Shown in pieces: positions 40,551 through 49,186 of a stretch of 64,000 nt of DNA. The translations under genes were made by a program, and so were the position numbers. Location: assembly GCA_045633565.1 (NCBI GenBank), contig JAZQYO010000007.1, positions 8,724-72,723 of the forward strand. The letters are read 5' to 3'. The first letter of the stretch is position 1. Each line of letters begins with the position of its first letter. The notes below the pieces were generated by a model, which saw only the letters and a list, made by a program, of their open reading frames with translations, had not been told where the DNA came from and did not search any database. The DNA comes from Clostridia bacterium. Its GTDB lineage: Bacteria > Bacillota > Clostridia > RUG12999.

Positions 40551-40857
40551 AGAAAACTTTTTTGTCTATCTTGCTGTAATGGCGGGAATTACATATCTTT
40601 TAAGAATGGTGCCCATGGTACTGTTCAGAAACAAAATCAAAAACCGGTTTATCCGTTCGTTTCTCTATTATACTCCATACACCGTTTTAAGCGTAATGAC
40701 GGTTCCGGCAATTTTTTATTCAACAGAATTTATTCCTGCCGTGGCTGGATTTTTGGTGGCACTCTTTCTTGGTTTCAGAGAAAAATCCCTCGTCACCGTC
40801 GCAATGCTATCCTGCACAGCAGTTCTTGTTACACAGGTTGTCATGAATATGATATAA
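40543..40857 (+). CDS. azlD: AzlD-family branched-chain amino acid transport protein
   Basis: About 104 aa with three TM helices. Translationally coupled to azlC (8-nt overlap). RBS GAGGAGGGA. Confidence 0.8.
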   Translation: MIRENFFVYLAVMAGITYLLRMVPMVLFRNKIKNRFIRSFLYYTPYTVLSVMTVPAIFYSTEFIPAVAGFLVALFLGFREKSLVTVAMLSCTAVLVTQVVMNMI

Positions 40858-40890
40858 AAAAGCTGCCCACCGGGCAGCTTTTACTTTTTT
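40856..40890. terminator. bidirectional terminator (AGCTGCCC-accg-GGCAGCT flanked by A5 and T-runs)
   Basis: Serves azlD on the plus strand and the XRE gene 40881-41096 on the minus strand. Confidence 0.65.
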
Positions 40891-41096
40891 GGATAAGGCT
40901 TTTTCTCGTCAGTAAGTCCTGCTAAATAGTCCATACTGGTATCAAGGGCAATCGCAAGTTTTCTGCATTGTTCAAATGTAAAATATCTTTTTCCGCTTTC
41001 GAGTTTGGAATAATCACTTTGGTCAATTCCTGTCAGCATCTGCATTTTTACCTGTGTATATCCCTTTTCTTTTCGTAGTTCTTTTAATCTGTTCAT
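40881..41096 (-). CDS. XRE-family HTH transcriptional regulator (tandem paralogue 2)
   Basis: 71 aa with HTH (KGYTQVKMQMLTGIDQSDYSKLESGKR). C-terminus ..EKKPYPKK is identical to the tail of the upstream paralogue. Confidence 0.6.
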   Translation of the reverse strand: MNRLKELRKEKGYTQVKMQMLTGIDQSDYSKLESGKRYFTFEQCRKLAIALDTSMDYLAGLTDEKKPYPKK

Positions 41097-41100
41097 ATTA

Positions 41101-41325
41101 TCATTTTTTTGGATAAGGCTTTTTCTCTGAAGAAACGCCGCAAATATAGTTCATATCTACATCGTAATAGCGGGCTAATAATATAACACTGTCTAAAGGA
41201 ATTCTTGTTTTACCAAGCTCATAGTCGGAGTATGTTTTCTGACCTATATTCAAAAGTCTTGCTATTTCTGTCTGATTTTTGTCTGCATCTTCACGAAGTC
41301 CACGAATTCTCTCAATTGCATCCAT
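41101..41325 (-). CDS. XRE-family HTH transcriptional regulator (tandem paralogue 1)
   Basis: 74 aa with HTH (QTEIARLLNIGQKTYSDYELGKTR). Same ..EKKPYPKK C-terminus. The 3' DNA (TTTTTGGATAAGGCTTTTTCTC) is repeated at the end of both genes. Confidence 0.6.
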   Translation of the reverse strand: MDAIERIRGLREDADKNQTEIARLLNIGQKTYSDYELGKTRIPLDSVILLARYYDVDMNYICGVSSEKKPYPKK

Positions 41326-41421
41326 AAAGACACCTCCTACAATAGCTATTGTACAATAGAGTTATTTTCACTATTGATTTTTAGTGTTATTTACTCTATA
41401 ATATACACAGGGGTGATAAAA

Positions 41422-41676
41422 ATGGCAGAATTCTGTTTTGAATGTTTTAAGAAAATTCATCAAACAAATAAACCGGAAAACGAATACATTTTTTCGAAAG
41501 ATACATACTTGTGTGAGCAGTGCGGAGAGTGGAAAAAGGTTGTTATTATGGAAAAGAAAGGGTATTACTTGTACAAACTAAGATTTATACTGTTGCCACT
41601 TTATATTTTGTGGAAAATAATCATTGTTCCGTACACCATTTATGATTACAATAAAAAAATAAAAAACCGCCGTTAA
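41422..41676 (+). CDS. small zinc-ribbon protein with C-terminal transmembrane helix
   Basis: 84 aa from ATG 41422 (RBS AGGGGTGA). Has CFECFKK..(23 aa)..CEQCGEW, then a hydrophobic segment LRFILLPLYILWKIIIVPY and a basic tail. Divergent from the XRE pair. Confidence 0.45.
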   Translation: MAEFCFECFKKIHQTNKPENEYIFSKDTYLCEQCGEWKKVVIMEKKGYYLYKLRFILLPLYILWKIIIVPYTIYDYNKKIKNRR

Positions 41677-41834
41677 CGGCGGGAAAGAATAAGTTGCAGA
41701 GATGGATTCGCTTTGCTGCGGCAAAGCCGGGTCGTGGCTCTGACATGCCCCCGGCATGTCATTCACTACCACTCCCTTCGAATCCGCCTCTCTCACATAA
41801 AAAAATCCGCACAACAAATGTTGTACGGATTTTT

Positions 41835-41919
41835 TGGTGGAGAGAGATGGATTCGAACCATCGAAGGCGGTGCCAACAGATTTACAGTCTGCCCCCTTTG
41901 GCCACTCGGGAACCTCTCC
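41835..41919 (-). tRNA. tRNA-Tyr (anticodon GTA), 85 nt with long variable arm, CCA encoded
   Basis: Reverse complement GGAGAGGTTCCCGAGTGGCCAAAGGGGGCAGACTGTAAATCTGTTGGCACCGCCTTCGATGGTTCGAATCCATCTCTCTCCACCA gives a cloverleaf with 7-bp acceptor, CUGUAAA anticodon loop, GATGG-TTCGAAT-CCATC T-arm and 13-nt variable arm. Confidence 0.9.
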
Positions 41920-41925
41920 AAAAAA

Positions 41926-42001
41926 TGGAGCTGGTGATGGGACTCGAACCCGCGACCTGCTGATTACAAATCAGCTGCTCTACCAATTGAGCTACACCAG
42001 C
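41926..42001 (-). tRNA. tRNA-Thr (anticodon TGT), 76 nt, CCA encoded
   Basis: Reverse complement GCTGGTGTAGCTCAATTGGTAGAGCAGCTGATTTGTAATCAGCAGGTCGCGGGTTCGAGTCCCATCACCAGCTCCA. Acceptor, D and anticodon stems pair. The T-stem has one C-A mismatch. It lies 6 nt upstream of tRNA-Tyr on the same strand. Confidence 0.85.
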
Positions 42002-42088
42002 GCATTTTTTACTTTGTTGTCATAAGCGACTTACTCATTATACTACAGATTATTTGCTTTGTCAATATATTTTATTAATTTTTTTCAA

Positions 42089-43330
42089 TTATTTTTTCAC
42101 AGTCGCTTGCTTTATTACAATGGGTTCAACCGGAGCTGATGTTTTGCTGCTAACCTCAACATCCTGCAATGCCTCAATGTGCTCCATACCTTTTGTAACC
42201 TTGCCGAATGCAGCATAGGCTCCATCAAGGTCGGTGCAGTCTTCAAAACAAATGAAAAACTGGCTTGATGCGGAATTGTTATGTTCGGCACGTGCCATGG
42301 AAACCACACCTTTTTCGTGTGACAATTCATTTATTATATTGTTTGCAGAAAATTCGCCTGTTATGTTATGCTCAGAACCGCCTGTGCCGTCGCCATTCGG
42401 GTCACCACCCTGGAGAACAAAGCCGGGAATCAATCTGTGAAAGGTAAGTCCGTCATAAAAACCGGCGTTTACAAGCGCAACAAAGTTAGCACAGGTCTGA
42501 GGAGCGTGCTGCGGGTAAAGTGTAATTTCAAATTTATTGCCGTTTTCAAGAGTGAACTCCACTACTGTGTTTTCAGCAGGAATCTGTTCTTCGGTATATG
42601 TAATCTTGTTCTGCTCATATTTTTCAATGGTTTTTTCGTAGTTGTCGTTATATTCTTTAATCAGTCTGTCATACTCATCTCTTATTTTTTCGGCAACACC
42701 GCAAAGACGGTTTATAACAGTAACCGCTTCGGCTCTTGTTCCGGAGTCTGACGCATTGAAATTTCCGTTTTCGTCACCGAAGACAATACCGCAGTATGCA
42801 ACGTTTAATACAGAGTTGCCGACATTATTTGAATAAGTTTCAAAGATTGCGGCTTTGTCGTTAAATTTGGTATTATTTTCGAAAAGATATAAAACTTTTC
42901 CTGCATCAAAATAGTTGACGAGGGCGCAGTTGATGATATAAGCCATTTCCCATCTTTTTATAGGGAGGTCATAATTTTCTGCGGACATAACTGCAGGGCT
43001 TATTTGGTCATATACTTCACCAGTCATTGCATAAAGATATGCCTCTAACGCAAAATTATAGTATTTTTCTGCCCAATGCTCCGCACCTTCAAGCTCGGGA
43101 ATATTTTCAAAAAGAGCACAGGTAACCATTTTCATGAATTCTGCTCTGGAAACGGTGTCATCTGGGCGGAAAGTGCCGTCATCATAACCGTTTGTAACCC
43201 CATTTTCGTACGCTTTGCCAATTTCATCTATTGCCCAATGACCTTCAATATCCGAAAATGGCAGCTCAGCAGCAAACACCGAGCTTAAGGAAAGTGTAAG
43301 TAATATTAAAAAAGAAATAAATTTTTTCAT
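42089..43330 (-). CDS. secreted SLH-domain protein fused to a cyclophilin-type peptidyl-prolyl cis-trans isomerase
   Basis: Signal peptide plus S-layer-homology repeats (FSDIEGHWAIDEI.., ..GYDDGTFRPDDTVSRAEF..) and a C-terminal cyclophilin domain (FHRLIPGFVLQGGDP..GTGG..). Confidence 0.8.
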   Translation of the reverse strand: MKKFISFLILLTLSLSSVFAAELPFSDIEGHWAIDEIGKAYENGVTNGYDDGTFRPDDTVSRAEFMKMVTCALFENIPELEGAEHWAEKYYNFALEAYLYAMTGEVYDQISPAVMSAENYDLPIKRWEMAYIINCALVNYFDAGKVLYLFENNTKFNDKAAIFETYSNNVGNSVLNVAYCGIVFGDENGNFNASDSGTRAEAVTVINRLCGVAEKIRDEYDRLIKEYNDNYEKTIEKYEQNKITYTEEQIPAENTVVEFTLENGNKFEITLYPQHAPQTCANFVALVNAGFYDGLTFHRLIPGFVLQGGDPNGDGTGGSEHNITGEFSANNIINELSHEKGVVSMARAEHNNSASSQFFICFEDCTDLDGAYAAFGKVTKGMEHIEALQDVEVSSKTSAPVEPIVIKQATVKK

Positions 43331-43492
43331 TATAATCGCTCCTTTATCAACTAATTATAAACAACCGGGTCCGATTTGTCAAGATTAATAAAATAATTTT
43401 CAATGACTCTTGCATTTTTTACACAAATATCGTATAATAAAAGTAGGTATATTATTTTTTTGCCGCACACAAGCGGCGGAAGGGAGATTTTT

Positions 43493-43855
43493 ATGGATTT
43501 TATGAATGTTGTAAGAGAAAAAGCGGCAGCACTGGCTCATGGTGCGGTAAAAACTTCAAATGCAGTTGTAGAAACGGTTAAATCCAATCTGGCTATTGCA
43601 GATAAAGAAGCCGAAACCACAAAAATTCTCCGTCAGCTGGGCACACTTATGTATGATGCTTACAAGGATGGCTCAGATGTTGATGCAGATGCAGTTGCAG
43701 AAAAATGTGCAGCTTTAGATGACTATTTCAGCGAAATCGCAGCTTTAAAGGAAAAAGTAGGCGAAATTAAAAACACAAAAACTTGTCCGAAATGCAACGC
43801 AAAGGTTAAGGCGGATTTTAAATTCTGCCCCGTTTGCGGCGAAAAAATGGACTAA
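43493..43855 (+). CDS. zinc-ribbon domain protein
   Basis: 120 aa from ATG 43493 (RBS GGAAGGGAG). C-terminal CPKCNAKVKADFKFCPVCGEK zinc ribbon. Promoter TTGCAT-17-TATAAT lies upstream. Confidence 0.5.
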   Translation: MDFMNVVREKAAALAHGAVKTSNAVVETVKSNLAIADKEAETTKILRQLGTLMYDAYKDGSDVDADAVAEKCAALDDYFSEIAALKEKVGEIKNTKTCPKCNAKVKADFKFCPVCGEKMD

Positions 43856-43885
43856 GTCCCATTACTACAAAAGAGGTGAAAACCC

Positions 43886-44593
43886 GTGCAAAGACTTATT
43901 TTAGTCGTTGAGGACGAAAAACCTATTCTTGATATTTTGCAGTTCAATCTTGAAAAGGAAGGATATAAGGTTGCGACCGCTATGGACGGAGAAACTGCTG
44001 TTTCATCAGCAATTCAGCTTAACCCCGACCTTATTTTGCTTGATGTTATGCTTCCGGGAATGGACGGATTTGAGGTGTGCAAAAATGTCCGCACACGCTC
44101 GGATGTGCCTATAATTATGCTGACAGCAAGAGGCGAAGAGGTAGATAAAATTCTTGGTCTTGAGATAGGTGCCGACGATTATATTACAAAACCGTTCAGC
44201 ATGAGGGAGCTTTCGGCAAGAATAAAGGCCAATATGCGCAGAACTGCGCCTGTTGAAGGGGAACAGCCATCTTCTTCGGGTGGGAAAATTATTCAGTCAG
44301 GTCAGCTTAAGATTGACTGTGACCGTTACGAGGTTTACCGTGACGGCCAGCCGGTTATTCTTACCCTGCGTGAATTTGAACTTATCAAATTCCTCGCAAT
44401 GCAGCCTGAAAAGGTTTTCTCCCGCGAAACACTGCTTGAAAGAGTATGGGGATACGAATTTTTCGGCGATGTCCGCACAGTGGATGTTACCGTTCGCCGT
44501 CTGAGGGAAAAGGTCGAAGAGGATCCCTCTGCGCCCAGGTATATTATGACCAAACGAGGCGTAGGTTACTATTTTAATAATAAAGAGGTTTAA
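43886..44593 (+). CDS. OmpR/PhoB-family response regulator (WalR/YycF-like)
   Basis: Receiver (..LLDVMLPGMDGFEV.., K at ITKPF) plus winged-helix trans_reg_C. GTG start. Immediately upstream of the cognate kinase. Confidence 0.9.
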   Translation: MQRLILVVEDEKPILDILQFNLEKEGYKVATAMDGETAVSSAIQLNPDLILLDVMLPGMDGFEVCKNVRTRSDVPIIMLTARGEEVDKILGLEIGADDYITKPFSMRELSARIKANMRRTAPVEGEQPSSSGGKIIQSGQLKIDCDRYEVYRDGQPVILTLREFELIKFLAMQPEKVFSRETLLERVWGYEFFGDVRTVDVTVRRLREKVEEDPSAPRYIMTKRGVGYYFNNKEV

Positions 44594-44599
44594 TGCCCA

Positions 44600-46381
44600 A
44601 TGTTTAAAAGCGTCAGACTGAAAATTGTATTAATGTTTGTTCTGATGGTGGTGTCCGTCATTGTTATGGTGGGCACCTTTTTCCGTATGAGCATTTCTTC
44701 GTATTATACCAATGAATTTTCTCAGAAAATAACCTCTCAGGCAGCTGCCGAGCTTTCGGACAGGATAACAGACCTTGCAATTTCGGGAGCTCCGCATGAT
44801 GAGATAGCATCTGTAATAGAAACCTATTCGTCACGGCTTGGGGTGGACATGTTCCGAACGGTATATATTCTGGACGGAATTTCCGCACAGACCGTCTATC
44901 ACACAAACACAGCAAGCATTGCGACTCTTGAAAAAACTCCCAACATCATTGCAGCACTCAGCGGAAGTGAAGGAAAAACGCTGACGGACGAGCAGTCCTA
45001 TATGGATTGGGCAAAACCTGTCATGACAGGCGATGAAGTTGCGTATATTCTTTATGTGAAGGACACCAAAGAGGAGCTTGATGAAATTGTTGGCAGCATG
45101 CTGAAAATTATTCTTCAGGCGATGCTTTTCGGTCTTGGAATTTCACTTCTTTTGGGATATTTTATGTCAAAAACCATCACATCGCCCATCATTTCGCTGA
45201 CACGCAGCGCAGAAAGACTTGCTGCCGGTGATTTTTCCCAGAAAATAAACTCTGAGGCGGACGATGAAATAGGTCAGCTTTCGCGGACCTTTAATGAAAT
45301 GGCGACACGCATAAAGGACAATGTCACCACAATTGAAGAAGAAAAAAATAAAATGACTGCCATTTTAATGCACATGACGGACGGTGTTATGGCGTTTGAC
45401 TCGGCAGGCAAGCTTATTCATATAAACCGTGCGGCAATCCGCATAATCGGCAAACATAATGCCGAAAATGTTACATTTGGTGAATTTTTCGAAAAAATTG
45501 GTGCAGATATTTCCCTGTCAGAGATTTCTTTCAGAAAAAATGAAACAATAACCCGTGATATAGATATTGGCGGAAAACACATTCAGCTCTTTTTTGCAAC
45601 AAGTGGCAGCAAAAAGGACTCTATGTCGGCAATTATTGTTATGCTCCGTGATGTTACCGAACAGATGAAGCTTGAAATGTCAAGACGTGAGTTTGTTTCC
45701 AATGTTTCACACGAGCTGAGGACGCCTATTACCACAATAAAAACCTATGCTGAAACGCTGCTTGAATCTGAGGATATTCCTCCCGAAATGGAGAAAAACT
45801 TCCTTGGCGTTATGCATAGTGAAGCGGACCGGATGGCACGACTTGTTTCCGACCTCCTGGACCTTTCAAAGCTTGATTATAACCCCAACGATATGCAAAA
45901 AGAGCATTTTGACTTAAAAGCGCTGCTGGAAGATGTTGTTAAAAAGCTGGGACTTGAGGCGACTGCAAGAAACCAGGATTTATCCCTGTCTTTTGCGAAC
46001 ACAATGAAACCCATTTTCGGCAACCGGGACAGAATTGAACAGGTGATTACCAACATAATTTCCAACGCAATAAAATACACTCCCGACGGTGGTGAAATTA
46101 AGGTTTCGGCAGGAAATATTTACAGTAGTTTTTACATTAAAGTCAAAGACAGTGGTGTAGGAATTCCCAAAGAGGACCTGCAGCACATCTTCGAGAGGTT
46201 TTACCGTGTTGACAAAGCCCGCAGCCGTCGAAGCGGCGGAACGGGGCTTGGGCTGGCCATTGCAAAGGAAATTGTGGAGGCGCATGGTGGCCAGATTAAG
46301 ATTGAAAGTGAATTTGGCGAGGGTACGCTTGTTACCGTTAAGTTTCCCGTTAAACCTACGGGAGCCGAGCATAAGGTCTGA
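44600..46381 (+). CDS. sensor histidine kinase (WalK/VicK-like; TM, HAMP, PAS, HisKA, HATPase_c)
   Basis: Two TM segments flank a ~150-aa extracellular loop. HAMP, PAS (..MTDGVMAFD..), H-box (SHELRTPIT) and N/G boxes (..GGTGLGLAIAKEIVEAHGG..) are present. Confidence 0.9.
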   Translation: MFKSVRLKIVLMFVLMVVSVIVMVGTFFRMSISSYYTNEFSQKITSQAAAELSDRITDLAISGAPHDEIASVIETYSSRLGVDMFRTVYILDGISAQTVYHTNTASIATLEKTPNIIAALSGSEGKTLTDEQSYMDWAKPVMTGDEVAYILYVKDTKEELDEIVGSMLKIILQAMLFGLGISLLLGYFMSKTITSPIISLTRSAERLAAGDFSQKINSEADDEIGQLSRTFNEMATRIKDNVTTIEEEKNKMTAILMHMTDGVMAFDSAGKLIHINRAAIRIIGKHNAENVTFGEFFEKIGADISLSEISFRKNETITRDIDIGGKHIQLFFATSGSKKDSMSAIIVMLRDVTEQMKLEMSRREFVSNVSHELRTPITTIKTYAETLLESEDIPPEMEKNFLGVMHSEADRMARLVSDLLDLSKLDYNPNDMQKEHFDLKALLEDVVKKLGLEATARNQDLSLSFANTMKPIFGNRDRIEQVITNIISNAIKYTPDGGEIKVSAGNIYSSFYIKVKDSGVGIPKEDLQHIFERFYRVDKARSRRSGGTGLGLAIAKEIVEAHGGQIKIESEFGEGTLVTVKFPVKPTGAEHKV

Positions 46382-46474
46382 AATGTTAATCTAACTTAAT
46401 GCTGCTGTAATTGTTTTGTAATAATTATAGTGTATAATAGACTTACTTAAAACTCCCGGAAAGGATGGAAAGTT

Positions 46475-46966
46475 ATGAAACGAGTATCCATAATACTGCT
46501 TCTGGCACTTGTTTTCTCTTTCTGCGCTATAGGTCAGGTTATGGCTGCACCGCAGGAAATGGCAACAGTTCCGGCAAGCGACGGTATGCTTTACATAGAT
46601 ATTTACAACCCCGAAACCGTTGTTTCCACCACTACACAGAAGGACTATGTTCTTTCGGGCGTGGCGAAAAGTGGCGTGATTGTGAGTGTTTATATGTATG
46701 ACAAAGCGACCGCAAAATATAAAATGGTTGAAAATGGCGGTGCTATGGCAGTACAGACAATTGGTGCAAGCGGCTATTTTGCTCAGCGTGTGTCTTTGTC
46801 TGAAGGCAAAAATGATATCCTGGTGCGTGTAGATTCTGCTCAGGATTCTGAAGTTGCGTCTCAGGTAGTACGTCTTGAAATTAATCTCCTTGTTGACAGT
46901 TTCTGGAGCAAAATAAAAAATGCTTCCGCAAACATGATGCAGGAGCTTAAGAACTCTTTTAAATAA
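46475..46966 (+). CDS. secreted hypothetical protein
   Basis: 163 aa with signal peptide (..FCAIGQVMAAP..). Inserted between the kinase and the yycH-like gene. Confidence 0.5.
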   Translation: MKRVSIILLLALVFSFCAIGQVMAAPQEMATVPASDGMLYIDIYNPETVVSTTTQKDYVLSGVAKSGVIVSVYMYDKATAKYKMVENGGAMAVQTIGASGYFAQRVSLSEGKNDILVRVDSAQDSEVASQVVRLEINLLVDSFWSKIKNASANMMQELKNSFK

Positions 46967-46970
46967 TATT

Positions 46971-48371
46971 ATGAAGAAGGAAATAGTAAAAAACAGCATA
47001 CTTACCCTTCTCATATTCATCTGTGTATTTTTATTCTATAAAATATGGTTTAGCGAAAAATTATGGTCCTCGGACTATAATTTTTTTGCTGCTTTATGGG
47101 GTAATCAGCCCATAGCGGTTGACACATCCTCGTCTATAGAGGACATTCTTCAGCCTGAAAAAATCATTTTTTCCGGTGGCGGAAAAAGATTTGTTTCCAC
47201 AAAGGGAGAAAGTGGCTTTGAAGGTTATTATAATGAAGTGAAATCTGTTCTCGGAAAAATAACGGAAAAAACAAAATTTGCAGAATCTACCGAAGAAGAA
47301 ATGATTTCGGCAATCAAAGCATCGTCGGTAACTGTTGATTTCGGCACCGTTTTCAGTGGCGAAACAGGCACATTTTTAGGCACATATTTCCCGTGTGAAA
47401 GTGTCCGTGATGTTGTTATTTCCTTAAATGACACCGCACTGGGCAAGCCGGTTGTATTTGTCCGTGACCATAAAGGAGGCGCCGTTTATAAAGCGGTAGC
47501 TGATATGCCGCTGGATAAACTGTCAGAATCTGTTTCCGGCCATATATTAAAAAATTCCGGCGAAAATATTCCCTTTGCATTTGAACTGGGATTTAACAGG
47601 ACAGACACCACCGAAGGCAGCGAAATTTCCCGCAAAATTCTTTTAAATTCAAACATATTAATCGGTCTTACAGATGTGACGGCACCCGCTATTAAGATAA
47701 CACCACCGGAAGAGACAGAACTTCCGTCCTCCAAGCTTAATATGCTGCTCAGCCAGTTTGGTATTGAAAGGGCAACTGCAAGAAAATATATTGAAACAAA
47801 TGATGATGTTTTGTTTGTTGGCAGTGGAGCAACTCTTAAAATATCCAAATCGGGAACACTTGAATACCAGGCAGAAGCATCCGGACCTGTCATTTATGAC
47901 GCATCTTCGAAAAATGCGCTTCCGTCAGCGGTGGGAAACATTTTCAGCCTGGTCAGAACAGTATTCAGAAGCTTTGATATTTCCTCACCTGCACTGCAGA
48001 TTTCATCGGACCTTGTTAATCTGCCCAACGCTTCGGGTGAAATAACGGTATATATTGACTATTATCTGGACAGTATTCCGGTTATGGCGTGGGATAATGG
48101 TCATGCTATAAGCATTACCGTAAAAAACGGCAGACTCATTTCTTACAAACAACAGATTTGCACCCTGTCAAAAGGTGATGGAAAGCTTACGGCGGGGAAC
48201 ATGCTTCAGGCGGTAGACGGTCTTTATGCCGTACTTCCGCTTAAGGAGGATGAAACGGCAACCGTTTCAGACATATTTGTTGCATACACCGGCGAAGATA
48301 GTATTTCCTGGTGTGCAAAAATAGATGGCAGCGACAGACTTATAGTAATAAATAAGGAGGGAACACCATGA
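46971..48371 (+). CDS. YycH-like two-component-system regulatory protein
   Basis: 466 aa with a single N-terminal TM (MKKEIVKNSILTLLIFICVFLFYKIWF) resembling the B. subtilis YycH N-terminus. Position after walK-like kinase. Confidence 0.55.
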   Translation: MKKEIVKNSILTLLIFICVFLFYKIWFSEKLWSSDYNFFAALWGNQPIAVDTSSSIEDILQPEKIIFSGGGKRFVSTKGESGFEGYYNEVKSVLGKITEKTKFAESTEEEMISAIKASSVTVDFGTVFSGETGTFLGTYFPCESVRDVVISLNDTALGKPVVFVRDHKGGAVYKAVADMPLDKLSESVSGHILKNSGENIPFAFELGFNRTDTTEGSEISRKILLNSNILIGLTDVTAPAIKITPPEETELPSSKLNMLLSQFGIERATARKYIETNDDVLFVGSGATLKISKSGTLEYQAEASGPVIYDASSKNALPSAVGNIFSLVRTVFRSFDISSPALQISSDLVNLPNASGEITVYIDYYLDSIPVMAWDNGHAISITVKNGRLISYKQQICTLSKGDGKLTAGNMLQAVDGLYAVLPLKEDETATVSDIFVAYTGEDSISWCAKIDGSDRLIVINKEGTP

Positions 48372-49186
48372 ACTGGCCAAGAGTAAAAACCATCCTTATT
48401 TTTCTGTTTCTGGCGGTGGATATTATGCTGCTCTGCTCAATTATTATTCCGTCGGTGACCTTAAGCCGTATTCCTCAGGAAACCATAAGGAATACAGCAG
48501 ATGTTTTATCGCAGAGAGGGATAGAAATTTCGCCCGAAATTATTCCTGCCCGCAGGGAAAGTATGGGCATTGTCGAGCTTTATAACATCTGGCCAGACAA
48601 AGAGGCTGTTGCCGAAAAGCTGCTTGGCAAAGCACCAGTTTTAAGCGGAGAGGTTTATAAAAACGGAACAAAAACACTTACCTTTCAGCAAGACGGGTTC
48701 AACTATAAAAACAGTGCAACAGTAAAAACAGTTGCACACGAGCTAATTGAAATGGGAATAGATGTCAGGGACAATTTTTACGAAGAGGGCGAGTCCTCGC
48801 TCAGGTCCTGGCAGACAATTGAAGATAAAAAACTTTTTGAGTCGGAGATTTATGCAGCGCAGACAGGTGCGGAAGTAACAGTTACCGGCTACTGGATTTT
48901 CTCGGACAGGGAAAACGGCATAATAATAAACACGCCCGATACACTTCTTGACGTAACAGGCGTGCTGATAGATTTTATAAATAATCCCTTAAGGGAACCG
49001 GAAGTTAAAATAACCTCGGTTGAAACAGGATATTCGGCAGGCACGGCATACCGTGACATGTCCCACAAGCTGGTATCGGTTTCGCCGGCATATAAAATCA
49101 GTACCGACACGGGTGCATATTATATATACGACGCACTTTCGGGAAACTTCCTTTATGCCTGCAAAAATGGAGAAATTATATACTGA
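48368..49186 (+). CDS. YycI-like two-component-system regulatory protein
   Basis: 272 aa. N-terminus MNWPRVKTILIFLFLAVDIMLL resembles YycI (MDWNKTKTIFIVAFLILNVFL..). 4-nt overlap with the yycH-like gene. Confidence 0.55.
   Translation: MNWPRVKTILIFLFLAVDIMLLCSIIIPSVTLSRIPQETIRNTADVLSQRGIEISPEIIPARRESMGIVELYNIWPDKEAVAEKLLGKAPVLSGEVYKNGTKTLTFQQDGFNYKNSATVKTVAHELIEMGIDVRDNFYEEGESSLRSWQTIEDKKLFESEIYAAQTGAEVTVTGYWIFSDRENGIIINTPDTLLDVTGVLIDFINNPLREPEVKITSVETGYSAGTAYRDMSHKLVSVSPAYKISTDTGAYYIYDALSGNFLYACKNGEIIY

Noticed and set aside
41693-41800. tRNA-like segment next to tRNA-Tyr as a third tRNA gene
   Set aside because: It cannot be folded into a cloverleaf (no D-arm or anticodon arm of proper size). 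Only the T-arm-like 13-mer matches.
46391-47020. 209-aa minus-strand ORF (Cys/His/Phe-rich) overlapping the secreted protein and yycH-like genes
   Set aside because: It is antisense to two plus-strand genes with good RBSs. No RBS, and a composition typical of a shadow ORF.
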